64,000 nt of DNA from Oikopleura dioica (Eukaryota; Animalia; Chordata), in the NCBI GenBank assembly GCA_907165135.1, contig OU015567.1:7812001-7876000 (forward strand), written 5' to 3'. The notes below the pieces were generated by a model. That model worked only from the letters and a program-made list of their open reading frames with translations. It was not told the origin of the DNA and did no database searches. Of the stretch, positions 14,001 through 27,200 are shown in pieces. Within the stretch, counting starts at the first letter, position 1; each line of letters begins with the position of its first letter. Made by a program: the position numbers and the translations under genes.

Positions 14001-15088
14001 TCTATCGAGACGAAGTTATTCCTAAACAAGAGGAGGAAGAAGAAAAGGCCAAAGTTCAAAATGACGCCATTGCCGAGATGGAGACTGATTCTAAGGGATT
14101 CCTAGAAGGCAATACACAGAGCATCAACCAGGCAGAAAGTACTTCTGCAGCGGCAAATCAGACTTACGAGGAGAAGATTGCAGAATTAAGTGGAACTTTC
14201 ACAATTATAGGTGGAATGATCGACAGCTGGGGCAATGACACCGTCAGCCAGAGAGAATCTGCTCTTGCAAATCTTCTTGGCCTTGCTGGAGCAACTAGAA
14301 AACGACGACAGACTTACCCCGAGGATCCTGCTGAGCAACTCGAGTATCATAACGAGATCAAAGTCGACATGTTCGCCATTGCCGAAGCAAAACTCGAAGG
14401 TGTTCAAGGCGAGATTATTCTTGTCAGTCCCGAAGTCCTTGAACACGAAGCTGCTATGAATAATTTGCTAACTGAAATTGACGAAACTAAGCTTTGGCTT
14501 GCGGTAAGACAGAAAATTCGAATACATGAATGCAAAAATTTTATTAAGGAAAAATTCCTCGACAGACAAACGACGCAATTAATTCCATTAGAAACAAATA
14601 TGAATTCATATGTCGCACAAACGAATGAATTTATTGCCAACATCACCAGTGGAGACGTTTTCAGCGGCGATCTAATTCAAAATAACGTTCGACTTGGATC
14701 AAAGCCTCAATCAATCAGAGTAAAGAATGCCCCTATTTTACCGATTGCGTACAGTTTTTTTTTTTAGCTCGACAACGTCTTTACCGCTGAAGGCATTTCA
14801 CAACAGCGGGCCATGCTTAGTGGTAACTGGCTGTGTCAAGTGCCAGGAACTTACCTCGTCACTTTCGACGTCAAACTGAATCCATCCACAACAGCAAATA
14901 TTGAACTCTATGTTGACAATGTCGGAACCGGTTTCGGAATCGAAGTCAATGACTTAACTCGTTCCGGCACCGATCTCTTCAGTCAAACGGCGATTTTGAA
15001 TCTCAACGTCGGACAAGAAGTCTCTCTGATGAATCACGCTGGAGCTATTACTGGAGGAGAAATTACTATTGTGAGCCTTCACAACTAA
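11094..15088 (+). CDS. Secreted protein: Lys/acidic/Thr-rich N-terminus, several EGF and Ca-binding EGF repeats, predicted coiled coil, C-terminal C1q domain
   Basis: Signal peptide; DIDEC/DINEC EGF motifs; apparent 1-nt frameshift at 13833-13837; GT-AG intron 14720-14767 joins to LDNVF...GNWLCQVPGTYLVTF (C1q); AATAAA at about 15103. Confidence 0.85.
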
Positions 15089-15220
15089 AACTCTCGTTTA
15101 CGAATAAATAAATATATCTATCAAATATCTCATCTCTACTCTATCCCCGTGCTAAAGCAAACTCTTTCCCGTACTAAGGATGAATATTTCGACACCCTCA
15201 TTTTTGGTAAGTGTTAGGAG

Positions 15221-15840
15221 CAGAGTTCCGAATCACTTCACTTCAACTTCAATAAAGTTAACTTTGAAGTTAAAGTGATCAACTTTAAAAAAAATAACTT
15301 CACCTCACTTCACTTCAATTTTTTCGAAAAAAAAAATCACTTCACTTCACTTCGAAATTCCCTGAAGTGATATTTTTTATCTTCACTTTACTTCACTTCA
15401 AAAATTTGAAGTCGCGAATAACTTCACTTCACTTTGAAGTTATTTTTTTTTTGATGAATAAATCGCTCATTATCAAGCAAAACTTCCCATAAATGTCTGA
15501 GTTTCTTTCAAAATGACGGTTTTTAAGTGATTTCAATAGGTTTTCACTATTAAAATTTGAATGAGGAGGAACTAACTTCATTTTTATTGAAGTGAAGTCA
15601 CTTTTTTCATGAAGTGTTATTTTTCACTTCACTTCACTTCACTTCAAAATTTTGATATTGAAAAATAACTTCACTTCCCTTCAATTTCGAATGAAGTTAT
15701 ATTTTTTAATTTCACTTCACTTCACTTCATTTTTCTCAAAAATAAAATCACTTCACTTCACTTCACTTCAATATGGCAATGAAGTTATTTTTTCAAAGTA
15801 ACTTCACTTCAAAGTTAAAGTGAAGTGATTCGGAACTCTG
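15221..15840. mobile_element. hAT-like MITE with ACTTC subterminal repeats
   Basis: TIR CAGAGTTCCGAATCACTTCACTT; perfect 8-bp TSD GTTAGGAG at 15213-15220 and 15841-15848. Confidence 0.9.
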
Positions 15841-15877
15841 GTTAGGAGGTTCCAAGGGGGCGCAGCCCCTTATCATA

Positions 15878-16210
15878 AGGCAGCAACCGTTTTGCCGCTC
15901 TGCCCATTCAGGGCAAAACGGAAAGATGTGCAGAACGGTATTTCAGGCAAAAAGGTATTAAGAAAGTGACCAATTTCAAAAATTTAAGTCTTTGTTCTTA
16001 AAAATTTAGGGTTCAATCATCAATTATCTTTCAAATTTCAATCAATAAAATCTATTTTACGAATTTCCGATTTCCAAAATCACTATAATTTATAGTCTAT
16101 AAAGTCCAGCCCCGAATCCGAATCGAATCAGTTCCGTCGGCTCCAATCAAAAGGCATTTTCAATATATTGCCTATATTATCCGACAAAGCGGACAAAACG
16201 GTTGCTGCCT
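15878..16210. mobile_element. Small MITE, possibly PIF/Harbinger (Tourist-like)
   Basis: 17-bp IR AGGCAGCAACCGTTTTG; TAA/TGA flanks if the ends are GG..CC (imperfect TSD); a related end lies inverted at about 23811-23898. Confidence 0.6.
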
Positions 16211-16857
16211 GAAAATATTCGAGTTGAACCTAAGTTGATCCGAAACGTTCGCATGAACTCAGCTCGAACCCGATGAACCTTTGTTGAATCACTGACAAGA
16301 CAGAACGGAAGTTAAAAGTAACGAATGTCTAAGTAAAGAGCACGACCTTTAGAGATCAAAGTCAAAATTGTTCGCATTTCTCTTGAGAGGTCATTCACCA
16401 TGAGTATCAAGAAAGAAGAGAAAACTAATCCAAATCTGGTTCTATTAAATCAGACTAGAGTACAGGTATTGAATTATTAAGGTTGTCAATAATTGTCTAT
16501 TGACAATCCTATTTGCGCATTGCATGATTTTACCGATTGACTGCATTCAATACCAGTGCTTGGACTGCAACTGCATAGGATTTCTCAAACAAAAAGAAGA
16601 TGAGGTTTTTTTACTCCCTGATCATATTCTGTCAAATCGAAGCATCAACACGAAAATAAATGATCTTGAACAGGAGAGAACATGGAAGAAAAAAGTCACT
16701 GCGCAAATGAGCTTGACTGAGCATGGATTTTCAACGTTGAAACAAAAATTAACATATTTGGGGATGGGTTTTCTTTTTTGGATAACAATCATACTTATAA
16801 GTAGACTGATTTGAAAGTCGAACACTTCTTTGAAATATTTTAGCGAACTACTATTCA

Positions 16858-19800
16858 TTGGAGAGATCCCGCGGCATTAAAACTTTTCTGACCTCGGTTT
16901 GCCACAGAAACTACAAGGTGTGCGTGAAGTTTGATAGCATGGATTACTGTGCTTATCTGATGGAAGAGTGCCGCGCAACGGGAAAATTCAACCTTTCTGA
17001 GCGCACTGCCGTCATCAAAGTAAGAGAAAAGGATGCTGTTGCCTTTTCGGAAGAAGAGAACAACTTGAACCTTCAACGATGTCAGAAGAAGCAGTTTTAC
17101 GATCAAATTATTTGTCGTCACCTTTGTTCCGAGACGCTTGTCTTGGCATCAGCGAGGAGCATTCATGTTTCGCCTTGTGAATCGATCTGTTTCGAGTTAA
17201 CTCGATCGTTTGGAGATCGTTCGGCTGGAGAAGTTTGCCCGACTCAAAAATACTGTCGTACTGGCTGTCCGTGTCCTTTTTACCGGTGTGAAAAGTTTGA
17301 ATCGCCGAAGAAATTGGTCCCTGTTTTTGATCTTGAAAAAGGAACAACTTCAGTACAGTCAGTTGCGACCTCCACAATTTCTGATACATCAATATCAACA
17401 ACTGCTATGCCTACAATAGAGTCTTCAACAGCATCTTTAAAAGAAGAGCTTCAAGGAGACAACAACGAAACAGATGACACCTCGTTCGACTGGCTGACTA
17501 AATGGTCGAATAAGCACGAATCACAAGAAGAAAAATTTTCGTTTGATTTTACGGCATTACTAGGAGGTCTTTTAGATGACTCCACGAATAGTTCTACTGA
17601 GCGGGCTACCACACCGTCAACAGACTCTACTTCTACCGCTTCAGTTTCGACAACGACGTCGTCCATGACACAAAATAGCGAATCAAACCAGGCTTTTTCT
17701 GATGAGAAGATAACTGGACGATGGAGTAATCAAGAATCCAAGAAATTCCCTATACTTCTTTACGATTTTTCAGATCTCAACAGAACAGCTAAGATAGAGG
17801 TTTCGTACCAGTTCTTGTCCTATGAATGTTTTTAAGAATAAAAATTTCGGGAAAAATTTATTCAATGATAAAAACATTTAAGTCAACGGGTGCTACTTAT
17901 CTCAAAGGCGAGCATTATCTGGTCGACGCAAGGGGAAATCTTATGAAAGTTCAAGAAAACGGAGACACACCAATTTTCATTCCTAATCGCCAAAAGAATA
18001 CGTAAGCATTCGAATTCTTTGTCGATTCAAGCGCATTGATTTTACAGAGGCTTCTTTGTGTTTCATTTTGGCTCGTCTATTGGAACTCATCAAATTGAAA
18101 TAAGGCGCAAAGAAAATGACAAAAAAGTTTTTACTGTTGTCGTCATCTGAAAATGGTCGAAAATTGTTTTCTTTTAAAAATATTTTTATTAAACTTTATC
18201 AAGCGGTATCCAATTTCGACCGTTGCTAGCTCTCCAACCGGAAGGCCGGAAAAATGCTTTTACTACGCTCCGGACTACAACTTAAACCGGTTTGAAGAGG
18301 CGCAGGGTTTCATTGCAAACAAACACTTTAATGCAAAACTCTCTTCCGTCAGTTTCAAAGGAGTATTCCATCTTATGAGCGTTATGCTCGGCGAAAAATT
18401 TATCAAGCTTTCAAAAACTGTTGCATTGAACAGAATAAGAGCGAGTGAAGAGCTCGAGAAAGGCTGGAAAAAGGGCGAAATCGCTCTTCCTGTTGAATTT
18501 AGGGACCTTGACCCAGTCCATATAATCCCGTTGATTGGAGTTTAATCTCAATAAGACTGAAAAAATATTATATCTAAACAAAACTCAAGAAAGATTGACT
18601 TAGGAAAACAGATTCTATTATTGGTGACCAGGAGTATTTCGCTGTCAAACACTCTGTACTCATTTTTGTTAGAGAAGGATGGAAAGTATCTCGTTCTTGG
18701 CAGCGAGTGGATCGGCTCACTTGTAAAATACGAACAACAATCGATTTGCTACTCAAAATTGTTTGCATCAAATGATCGGTATTATACTGATCAACGTGGA
18801 TTCAACAATGATGAGTGCGAGTATTTTGGTGAGGCTATTATTAATGATGAGAAATTGTTTATTATGAATTACATCTTTGATGCTACATTCGAGATAAAGT
18901 TCGATTTTGGAAAGGGTCAAAAAAAAAAATGAAGCAGCACGGGAAAAAGAAATAAGCATGCTGCATGCGCTATCTTTTGACTCCTGAACAAAGAAAATCT
19001 CGAGCTAGATTTTGCCCAACGAAAGGCAGTGGAAAAAATGTACGCAACAAGCAATCCATTTTTTGCATTTCATGACGATGTTTTCCCAGCATTTGCCAAA
19101 AACGCTGTGGCGCAGCGGTCATTTCCTATGTCAAGTTATCACTACAAGACAATTATCCCAGACAAGTTTTTTTCGTCGCTAATTGATTTGAAGCATATAT
19201 CAACTCTTGAACTGGGCTTGAACGGAACTGAGACGTTCAAACTGCAATGGCAATTTCAGGTGTCTATATTTTCTCACAGCTGCTTAATTCATAAAATTTA
19301 AAGAAATATTCGACAATCGACGGCAAACAAAAAATCTTTGAGTTCAAATTTTTCGACGAAAAAAGTTTTTTGAGTTTCGGAAGAAGCGCAAACGCCTCGC
19401 TTTGGATTGATTCTGACTTTTTCGATGAGCCTCTAATTTTTCAATCGAAAGCTTTAGAAAGAGAGCAAGAACTTGAATTTTCTCTGCACTCGAATCCGCG
19501 TACGGAGTCATATTCTTTTGAAAGCGTCAAGGAATTGTTCAATTGTTCAGTATTATCTCTAAGTTAGGGTAACTAACCATAAGCGGTCCCTTCCGAAAAG
19601 AGGCTATTTGCATTGAAACTTTTAAAGCTGGGAGAGGAAAGAATCACAATTGGGTCAAAAATGGATATAAATAAAATCAAAAACAAGAAGGTCCGACTCT
19701 ACAAGTACGAAAAAGAGGTCGAAATCAAAAACTTTATTTACGAACCTACTCAATTGACTCAAATCAATATAATACAATCATCTCTTCTCTTTTACAAAAA

Positions 19801-22800
19801 TCAAGGCTACGCTCTGCTCAACACTATCGGATCAAAAAATTCGAAGTGTCGATAAAGGCTCCAGACGACTATGAAGACTCGCTATCAAAATACGTTGATG
19901 AATCAGTATACGCTTTGGTCAACAACCAAATCCATATCTTTGGCGGAAAAGAAGATGGTTACAGGGTAAAACTATTCAGGGATCTAGATTTTTGCGATAA
20001 ATAAATAGCCATTGCGACGCAAAATTTTCCGAAAATTCCGATGCGATTGCGATTTTTCGCAAATTGCGCTTTTACGTTTTGCGATTTTCAACTCACAACT
20101 CATCGTAATTTGCGAAATATTGACAAAACTGAGCTCACGATTGCTATTCGGTCGTAGAATTTTTGTATCAAAAATATTTTGCGAAAAAGTTTAGATCCCT
20201 GAAATTCACAAAAATAATTGTAGAAAGGTTTTGATTTTAAAATCAAATCATCTTCAGTAGTAATTCAAGCATTAGATAAAAATGATTTTTTCTTAAAATA
20301 CCTTATTAGTGAGAAAGCGGACGTAATCAGTACTCGATAAAATCATAAGAAAGTTCTTAAGATTTAAGGGTAGAACATGAAATCGGCGCGCGGCGCCTCG
20401 CTCGCCCAGCGCCCCGCCGTGCCCTACTTTTCAGAATGCCCTTAAATCGGAACGGATATAGCTTTTCAAAAGTTTCTTCGGATTTCAGATCATCAAAGCC
20501 TTTACTTTTCACAGATCAAAATGAGCAGAATCGTCAAACAAAAACTCGGAGAAAATGACATGAGTTGGTAAAACTCTATCTCCTCTCGCAATTCTTATCC
20601 GATTTTTTCAAATTTAGATAGGTCGAAAGTGCTCCGTTAGACCTAAAATTTCGTAGTCTCAGAATTAATTTTGAAGCTTCTTAAAGTTCCACACGGCTTC
20701 TCAAAACAAGTGCTTTCACGCCGCGCCGCTTCTTCTCTCACGCTGCGCGCCTCACGACGGTGCAGCTCTCATTTCAAAAGCTCATATAAAATTCCATAAA
20801 GCTTCAAAAGTAATTCTGAGACTACGAAATTTTAGGTCTAACGGAGCACTTTCGACCTATCTAAATTTGAAAAAATCGGATAAGAATTGCGAGAGGAGAT
20901 AGAGTTTAACCAACTCATGTTATTTTCTCCAATTTATTGATTGACGATTCTGCTCATTTTTATCTGTGAAAAGTAAAGGCTTTGATGATCTGAAATCCGA
21001 AGAAACTTTTGAAAAGCTATATCCGTTCCGATTTAAGGGCATTCTGAAAAGTAGGGCACGGCGGGGCGCTGGGCGAGCGAGGCGCCGCGCGCCGATTTCA
21101 TGTTCTACCCTTAAGGCAGCTTGGCGCTCGATCAAAATCGCTATCTTTCTTTTTTGATTCAGTTTGCGTTACGTCCGCTTTCTCACTTACGAGGTATTTT
21201 AAGAGCACTTTTTCATTTCTAATCTTCTTTATCAAATGCTTTAAGTACTGATGATGATTTGATAATAAAATCGAAAACGTTCTACAACCTTTTTGTGAAT
21301 ACTATGAAGTCAACATAAAAACGGGAATTAGTATAAAAGGAAAGATTCGGCCTGATGATGGCGAAATGCCGAAAGCTTGCCAATAATAAAGGAAAGATGC
21401 TAATTTTTTAATAGATCGGCCGCTTAGACGGATGTTTTTGTGGAATTGGCCGCTCGACTCAACAATTACTTTTTTAAAGGACATTCTGCAATCACTACGG
21501 AAAACGGTCGTAACGGTAATGATTGTTTCCCCAATAAAATCACTTAATTATTTAATCATTGAAGCAATCATCTGCTTTGATTATACAAAAGAAAAAATGT
21601 GAAGAGTTCAATGGAATCACTTCCAAAATATTTTCACCATTAAATAGAAAGCACCAAGACGGAGGATTATCAATTTACAACGGTCAACCCATTGCGATTG
21701 GGGGAAACAGTCCAAAGGGCTTGCTGAGATATATACAGACGATCGCTGGAATATAACGCAGGCAGGGATGTATATTCGCAGCGCAAAACTGCCCAAAAAA
21801 TTCCGCAAAATTGCGCACAAAAGCGCATTTTGCGCAAAAATTTCACAAAATTTAAAAACATTCACAACCCACAAAATGCAGTTTTGATGGACTTTGCGCA
21901 AAATTTCTGCGCTTTTTCATCTGAAGATTGCCGGATCAATCTTTCAGCCCCGTTCCTTGATTTCTAAATTTAAGGGCTTGACGGCCCTTCGGGCCGCTTC
22001 AGCCCTGTTCCTTGGTTTCTAAATTCAAGGGGCTTGACGGCTCTTCGGGCCGTTTCAGCCCTGTTCCTTGATTTCTTAATTTAAGGGGCTTGACAAAGGC
22101 TTGGAACTCTGAGTTGATCAATCTCAGTTCTGTCCCCAACCTTACCCACACCCATCATTTTAAAAGTCCAAATTATCATTGTTTTTAGCACTATTATGGT
22201 TCTTATTTAAAACTTGATTCCAGGCTTCTTCGATCCCGCGGGGCCTTCGGACGCGAGGGTTACGGGCAATCAACAATTCCGTAAAAGCGCAAAATCCGCA
22301 AAATTTCCGCAAAATGAAGAAATTTCGATTCTCCGCAAAACAGCGCAAAATTCCGCAAATTGCGCGATTTTCGGATTTCGCGGCAGAAAAAGCGCGAAAT
22401 TGCCCGCGAAAAATTCCGCAATCGCAGCGCAGCGCAAAGCAAAAATTTATGCGAATATACATCCCTGAACGCAGGTCCTGGAACACCCAAGGTACAGCGC
22501 ATTTTTAGTGAATATAAAGGGAGAAGTCTTTAATCATGGTCTCGGTGAAATTTTTCTGCTTTGTGATGTCTACTAGACATTGTCGAGGATCAAAATTCTC
22601 CCGATTTCAGAACTCGAGACTTCTTTCTAAAATTTCGATTGAAGATGGATACGTTTTTTCTGCGATCAGCTTGAAATCTGGGGCTCTTTTGACTATTGGG
22701 GGATATGATCAAAAGGATGAAGAGCGACTGGATGATATCTGGCGCTTGATGAACGATGAATGGGACAAAATTGGCAGTCTTATAAAAGTATTTATTCTTC

Positions 22801-23140
22801 ATCATTTAATTCACTTGTTCTGCTCTTTAGGCTGTTCAGAGTTCCTCAGCAATATTGATCGACAATTCTATCATTGTTGTTCCTGGATGGATTCATAAAC
22901 AGCTTGATAATATTTTCACTCTATTTTCGCTGTTTGAGAGTCCAGTTCAAAGAATCAATTTAGGTCATAGTTAACGAATTTTTCGCAAATATTTAAGTTA
23001 TACATTGTATTCGTATCTTAACACAAGATTTGGAAGACAAGGTTGATTCTATCGATATTCTAGCAAACCAACTTGGAGAAGAAACGATTCCGATTCTTTT
23101 TGTTTCGCCTCAAGATTACTGTGGCCCATTAAATGCCTAA
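16858..23140 (+). CDS. Multi-exon Cys-rich plus kelch-like/beta-propeller gene, interrupted by several MITEs; possibly a pseudogene; start uncertain
   Basis: CPTQKYCRTGCPCPFYRC motif; kelch-like exons (NNQIHIFGG, GQPIAIGG, GALLTIGGY..W); ends ILFVSPQDYCGPLNA* at 23138-23140; apparent frameshifts near 21435 and 21715. Confidence 0.6.
19977..20201. mobile_element. Short hAT-like MITE in an intron
   Basis: TIR CAGGGATCTA / TAGATCCCTG with internal ttgcga/tcgcaa repeats; the right TSD appears split by a later insertion. Confidence 0.6.
20204..21300. mobile_element. Older, diverged inverted-repeat element enclosing a younger MITE
   Basis: 20204-20360 aligns imperfectly with the reverse complement of about 21140-21300 (shared blocks aaaatacc, gtgagaaagcggacgtaa). 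Confidence 0.6.
20367..21110. mobile_element. Foldback MITE with about 310-bp near-identical arms and TTAA flanks (Kolobok-like termini)
   Basis: TTAA|GGGTAGAAC ... GTTCTACCC|TTAA; spacer of about 120 bp at 20680-20798. Confidence 0.85.
21763..22467. mobile_element. hAT-like MITE inserted in a coding exon
   Basis: TIR CAGGGATGTATATTCGCA; perfect 8-bp TSD AACGCAGG at 21755-21762 and 22468-22475; gcgcaaaa subterminal repeats. Confidence 0.9.
21943..22093. repeat. About 3 copies of a 55-56-bp hairpin-containing tandem repeat inside the MITE
   Basis: Unit ttcagccc(c/t)gttccttgatttctaaatttaagggcttgacggcccttcgggccg. Confidence 0.85.
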
Positions 23141-24208
23141 TTATTTCCACAAAATTTACAAATTTAAATGCTATCCTATGCCAATGATTATACCAATAAT
23201 AACCTTTCTGTGCTTTTTACACTCAAAATAACGATAAAAATCCCAATAAATTAACAATTTCAAATTTAAAGAACATCAAATAATTTTATTAGTCCGAAAA
23301 GCTCTTCGTTTGTCAGAAATAGTTTTCTTTTTTTGATATTTTATTTCTTCATGACCATCATCTGCAGAAGAAATCTTTCTCCTCTTTTTCGCCGTCACTT
23401 TTACTCACTGATTTCCGGGTGTCTTACCCGATGCTGCAATCCCTAAATTTCAAAGGTTTATCTTTAGCCTAAGATTTATCATATTTGAAAAGAGAGAGTG
23501 TATCTGAGGGTGATCAGTGTTTGAGAGGCGATTTTACGAAAAAAAATTGCGTTTTTTTTCGCCTTTTTTAAACTTCAACATGCATAATTATCCTCAACTT
23601 TTAATACCCACCTTTGCTTTGGTACCATCTGTAAATTTCATGAAAAAAGGAAGCCGAATAGTGAAAATCAAAATCGCAGTGAGAAGGTATTCCGAGCCCC
23701 ACGCGCTCCCGTGAAAAACCCGAGTCATGCCGTCATCAGCTAATTGAAAATTATTTTCGAAATGAACTCATCAAAATACCGTTTTTCCCAAAAATACGTT
23801 CAGCACATTTTTCCGTTTTGCCCTGAACGGGCAGAACGGCGTTCGGGGCAAAATGGCATTGGGACAGATCGGCAAAACGGGCAAAACGGTTGCTGCCTTA
23901 TCATAAGGGCTTTGTGTTTGGCTTTAGGTCCTGAGAGCTCGTTTTCGCATCATAATTAACCTTCTCAACGCCTAAAAGTACTGAATCCTGAACAATGAAA
24001 CAACTGGCTTTAAAATACTATGTGGCTGCCATCAGGTGGACAAATTGGACACAACTGCTCCGCTTGCTTCTGCAGTTGGCAAGAGGTGACAAGCCAAGGG
24101 CCATTTCAAACTCCGTGCGCTCGTCAATTTCCAAAAGAGTGACTGAGCAAACCGCCACTACCTACTAAAACGATCAAAAATAGAAAAAAAAACGACAGAA
24201 CAAAAATC

Positions 24209-27200
24209 ATGGAAGACATGAGAGCATTACGAAAAAATCTAACGAGCGAGTTGAAAAACTCGTTTTCAACGGTAAAATCGGAAATCGACAATTTTTCAAT
24301 TTCAAGTTTCAAGAAACAACACCCATATGCTTCATTAACAGAGGATAAGCCAAATGCATTTGAGGTCAGAGAAGATTTTGATCCTGTCGTGAAAATCGGA
24401 AATCCACATAATAAGTACTTACTATCAGTTTTTTTTTCGTTTTTAGTTCTTTTAATTCAAGAGGTCGAGTCGAACAGCCTGACCTTGATCTTGCAGAATA
24501 CTACTATCAATTTCAAAATCCAGACAGTGACAAGCACCTTGATGATAACAGCTCTACTGTAACTTCTCAATCTTCTAGGAAAGGATCTCCAAGTTCGCTT
24601 CAGAAAAAAAGCTGAACTTTAATTATCCTTTTATAAAGAGTTATAAACGTAAAAACAAGCTGCGGCGCAGAGAAGCAGCTCATCTTTGATTCCAGAACGC
24701 CACCACCTATTCCTGACCTACCGCCTGTTCCCTTTGAGCAGCGCGAGGAAGTCACACTTCATTTCTACCCACCTGTTGACAAGGAAAATGATGAAGAGTT
24801 CGACAATGTTAGGCAAATTTGCAAGAATTACAGGAACGGCCTTATCAATCATATTTTAAATCCTTTCCAAAGGATCATTTTCCTCGAAATATAACTAGGG
24901 ATACCGCACGAATTTTTAGGTACCCGAAAAAAGGGTCCTGTCCAATTTTTAGAAGGATGATCTAGTAGAACTTTGGTCGAGGATTCTAATGGTGTGATTA
25001 TCATTTCATAATTATTAGTCATTTTCGTAAAAATGACGTGTCAAGGGGTGATTTTTTCGATCAGAGTGAAACTTTCAAAAATTTGGAAATTGAAAATGCT
25101 AGACTAACATAAATTTGGACGAGGATTCCAAATCTGGAAAAAAATTCACTGACGCACCTTGCAATCGCTAGAAATGAACTTCCGGGAGTTGTTTTTTTCT
25201 CTCTCGACGCTTGTGGCGCTTTTCTGTTTTCAGCTGCGCGCTGATTGGCGGACACTCCTGAAAGCCTTGTTCACAAAAAGGCTCGGAGAGTTTCACTAAA
25301 ATGATCATTTCTCGGGACTGGAACGTTGAAATTCCATGATTTTTGGACGAAAAAAGTTCTTGAAGACCACTTTATTTACCATCTATTCAAAAATTATGGG
25401 AGATGAAGTTGTAAAGAGTTTCTGAAGGTTACATGTAAAGTCGACTCTGGCCATTACGAGCCTTTTTTGTCAGGAATTTCAGAAGCATCTGTCCGAAAGA
25501 TGAAAGAGGCGTAACTTTTGCTTGATATTTCTCGAAAACTGTTCTCTCAAGGAATCAGCAAGAGATAAAAGCACATCTTTGGAGTTCTTTTCTGTTGTGG
25601 AATCGGCGAGGCAAAAATGCGCGCAGAAACGAGAAATTGCGCTAAAGATCCTTTTCGAATTGTTTTTGCGGTCGAGGACGCCCAAATGTGATCGACTCTC
25701 AGTCGAAGATTGAAACGCTTCCTCTGGAAAACCTCCCTGCTTTCATACGAAAAGAAATGTCCATGCTCAAACAGCTGAAAATGAAGATGGACTCGGTTAA
25801 CAAGGAAAAACAATCGGTCCAGTCTGAACTCTTGCCGAATCTGTATCTCTTCAAAAACGCCAAGAAGAAGAAATTGAATGTCTGAATCATAAGTCGGCAA
25901 TTCTCGAGGAGACTCTAAGGGGCAGCAGCTTGATCAAGCAATCTGAACAGATGGAGTTCGAATATGAAGGGCTCAAGCTCAAGTTCGAAGAGCGAAACAA
26001 AAAGATGGACAAGTTCCGCGACATGTTCGCGCATAGCCGAACTAAAATCAGACCTGTTCAACGAAGAAAAGTAAAACAGTTTCACGCAGAGTTGCAAATT
26101 TTTGAAAAATTTTCTGAGCTAAGGTCGAAATTGAACTGAGCTGAACTGAGTAGGCCCTTTTTAAAAACGACTGAGCTGAGCTAGACTTTTTCAAAAGAAA
26201 TTGAGCTGAGCTGAGCTGGGGCATATTTGAAAATTTTTGAGCTGAGCTGACGATTTCTCAAACTGACCTTATTTAATTTCTCACTTGCTTCAATGAAAAC
26301 TCGAATTATTTCTATCTTAAATTGACCAACAGGAAAGCATAAATAGAAAAAACGTGCAAGTTTTTGAAAATAAGACCAATCAAAAGTAATTTGATTTTGA
26401 TCAGCTCAATAGACTGAACTGAGCTGAGCTAGCTGAGATGAGGTTATTATTGAGCTAGCTGAGCTGAGTAGAAGAAGCTACAAGTCTTTGTTATTGTCTT
26501 GGAGGACCCCCTTGGAGGGCTTCATCTGTTGGAAGACCAATATTAAAAATATTCAATATATGGCCAATATATGGCCACCAATGGCCAACTTTGGTCTAGT
26601 TTGACCGGAAGACCCCGGCGGACCTCCCTGGTGGAAGACCATTCGCTGGAAGACCAATATTTAAAATATTCAATATATGGCCGTGCTCAGCCAGTATATG
26701 GCCTTCTATGGCCAACTTTGGTCAAATTTGGCCGGAAGACCCCCGAAGGACCTCCCTGGTAGAGGACCATCAGCTGGAAGACCAATTTTAAAAATTTTCA
26801 GTATATGGCTTTGCTCGGCAAATATATGGCCACCTATGGTCAAATTTGGTCGAGTTCGGCCGGAGGACCCCCGTAGGACTTCTCTAGTGGAAGATCATCA
26901 GTTGAGAGACCAAAAAATAAAATTAAATGCTTTGCTGGGCTAAGAATTTACACTTTCGGCAAACTTTGGTCACTTTATGCCAGAAAACCCTTTTTGCAGA
27001 AAGACAATCAACTAAAAGACCAATATTTAAAAATAATAAAAATAAATCAGAGTCAATTCAGTGATGAAGGGGCTACATCGACCCAAAGCCTTGTGGCAAC
27101 TCGATTCAGTTAAAGGCGAGGCGAAGCAATTCAAAAGTAAAGGCCAGGTCCGTTTCTTCAGCTCAGAAAAGAACGGGCAAGCGTCAGGGAAAGCCGACTC

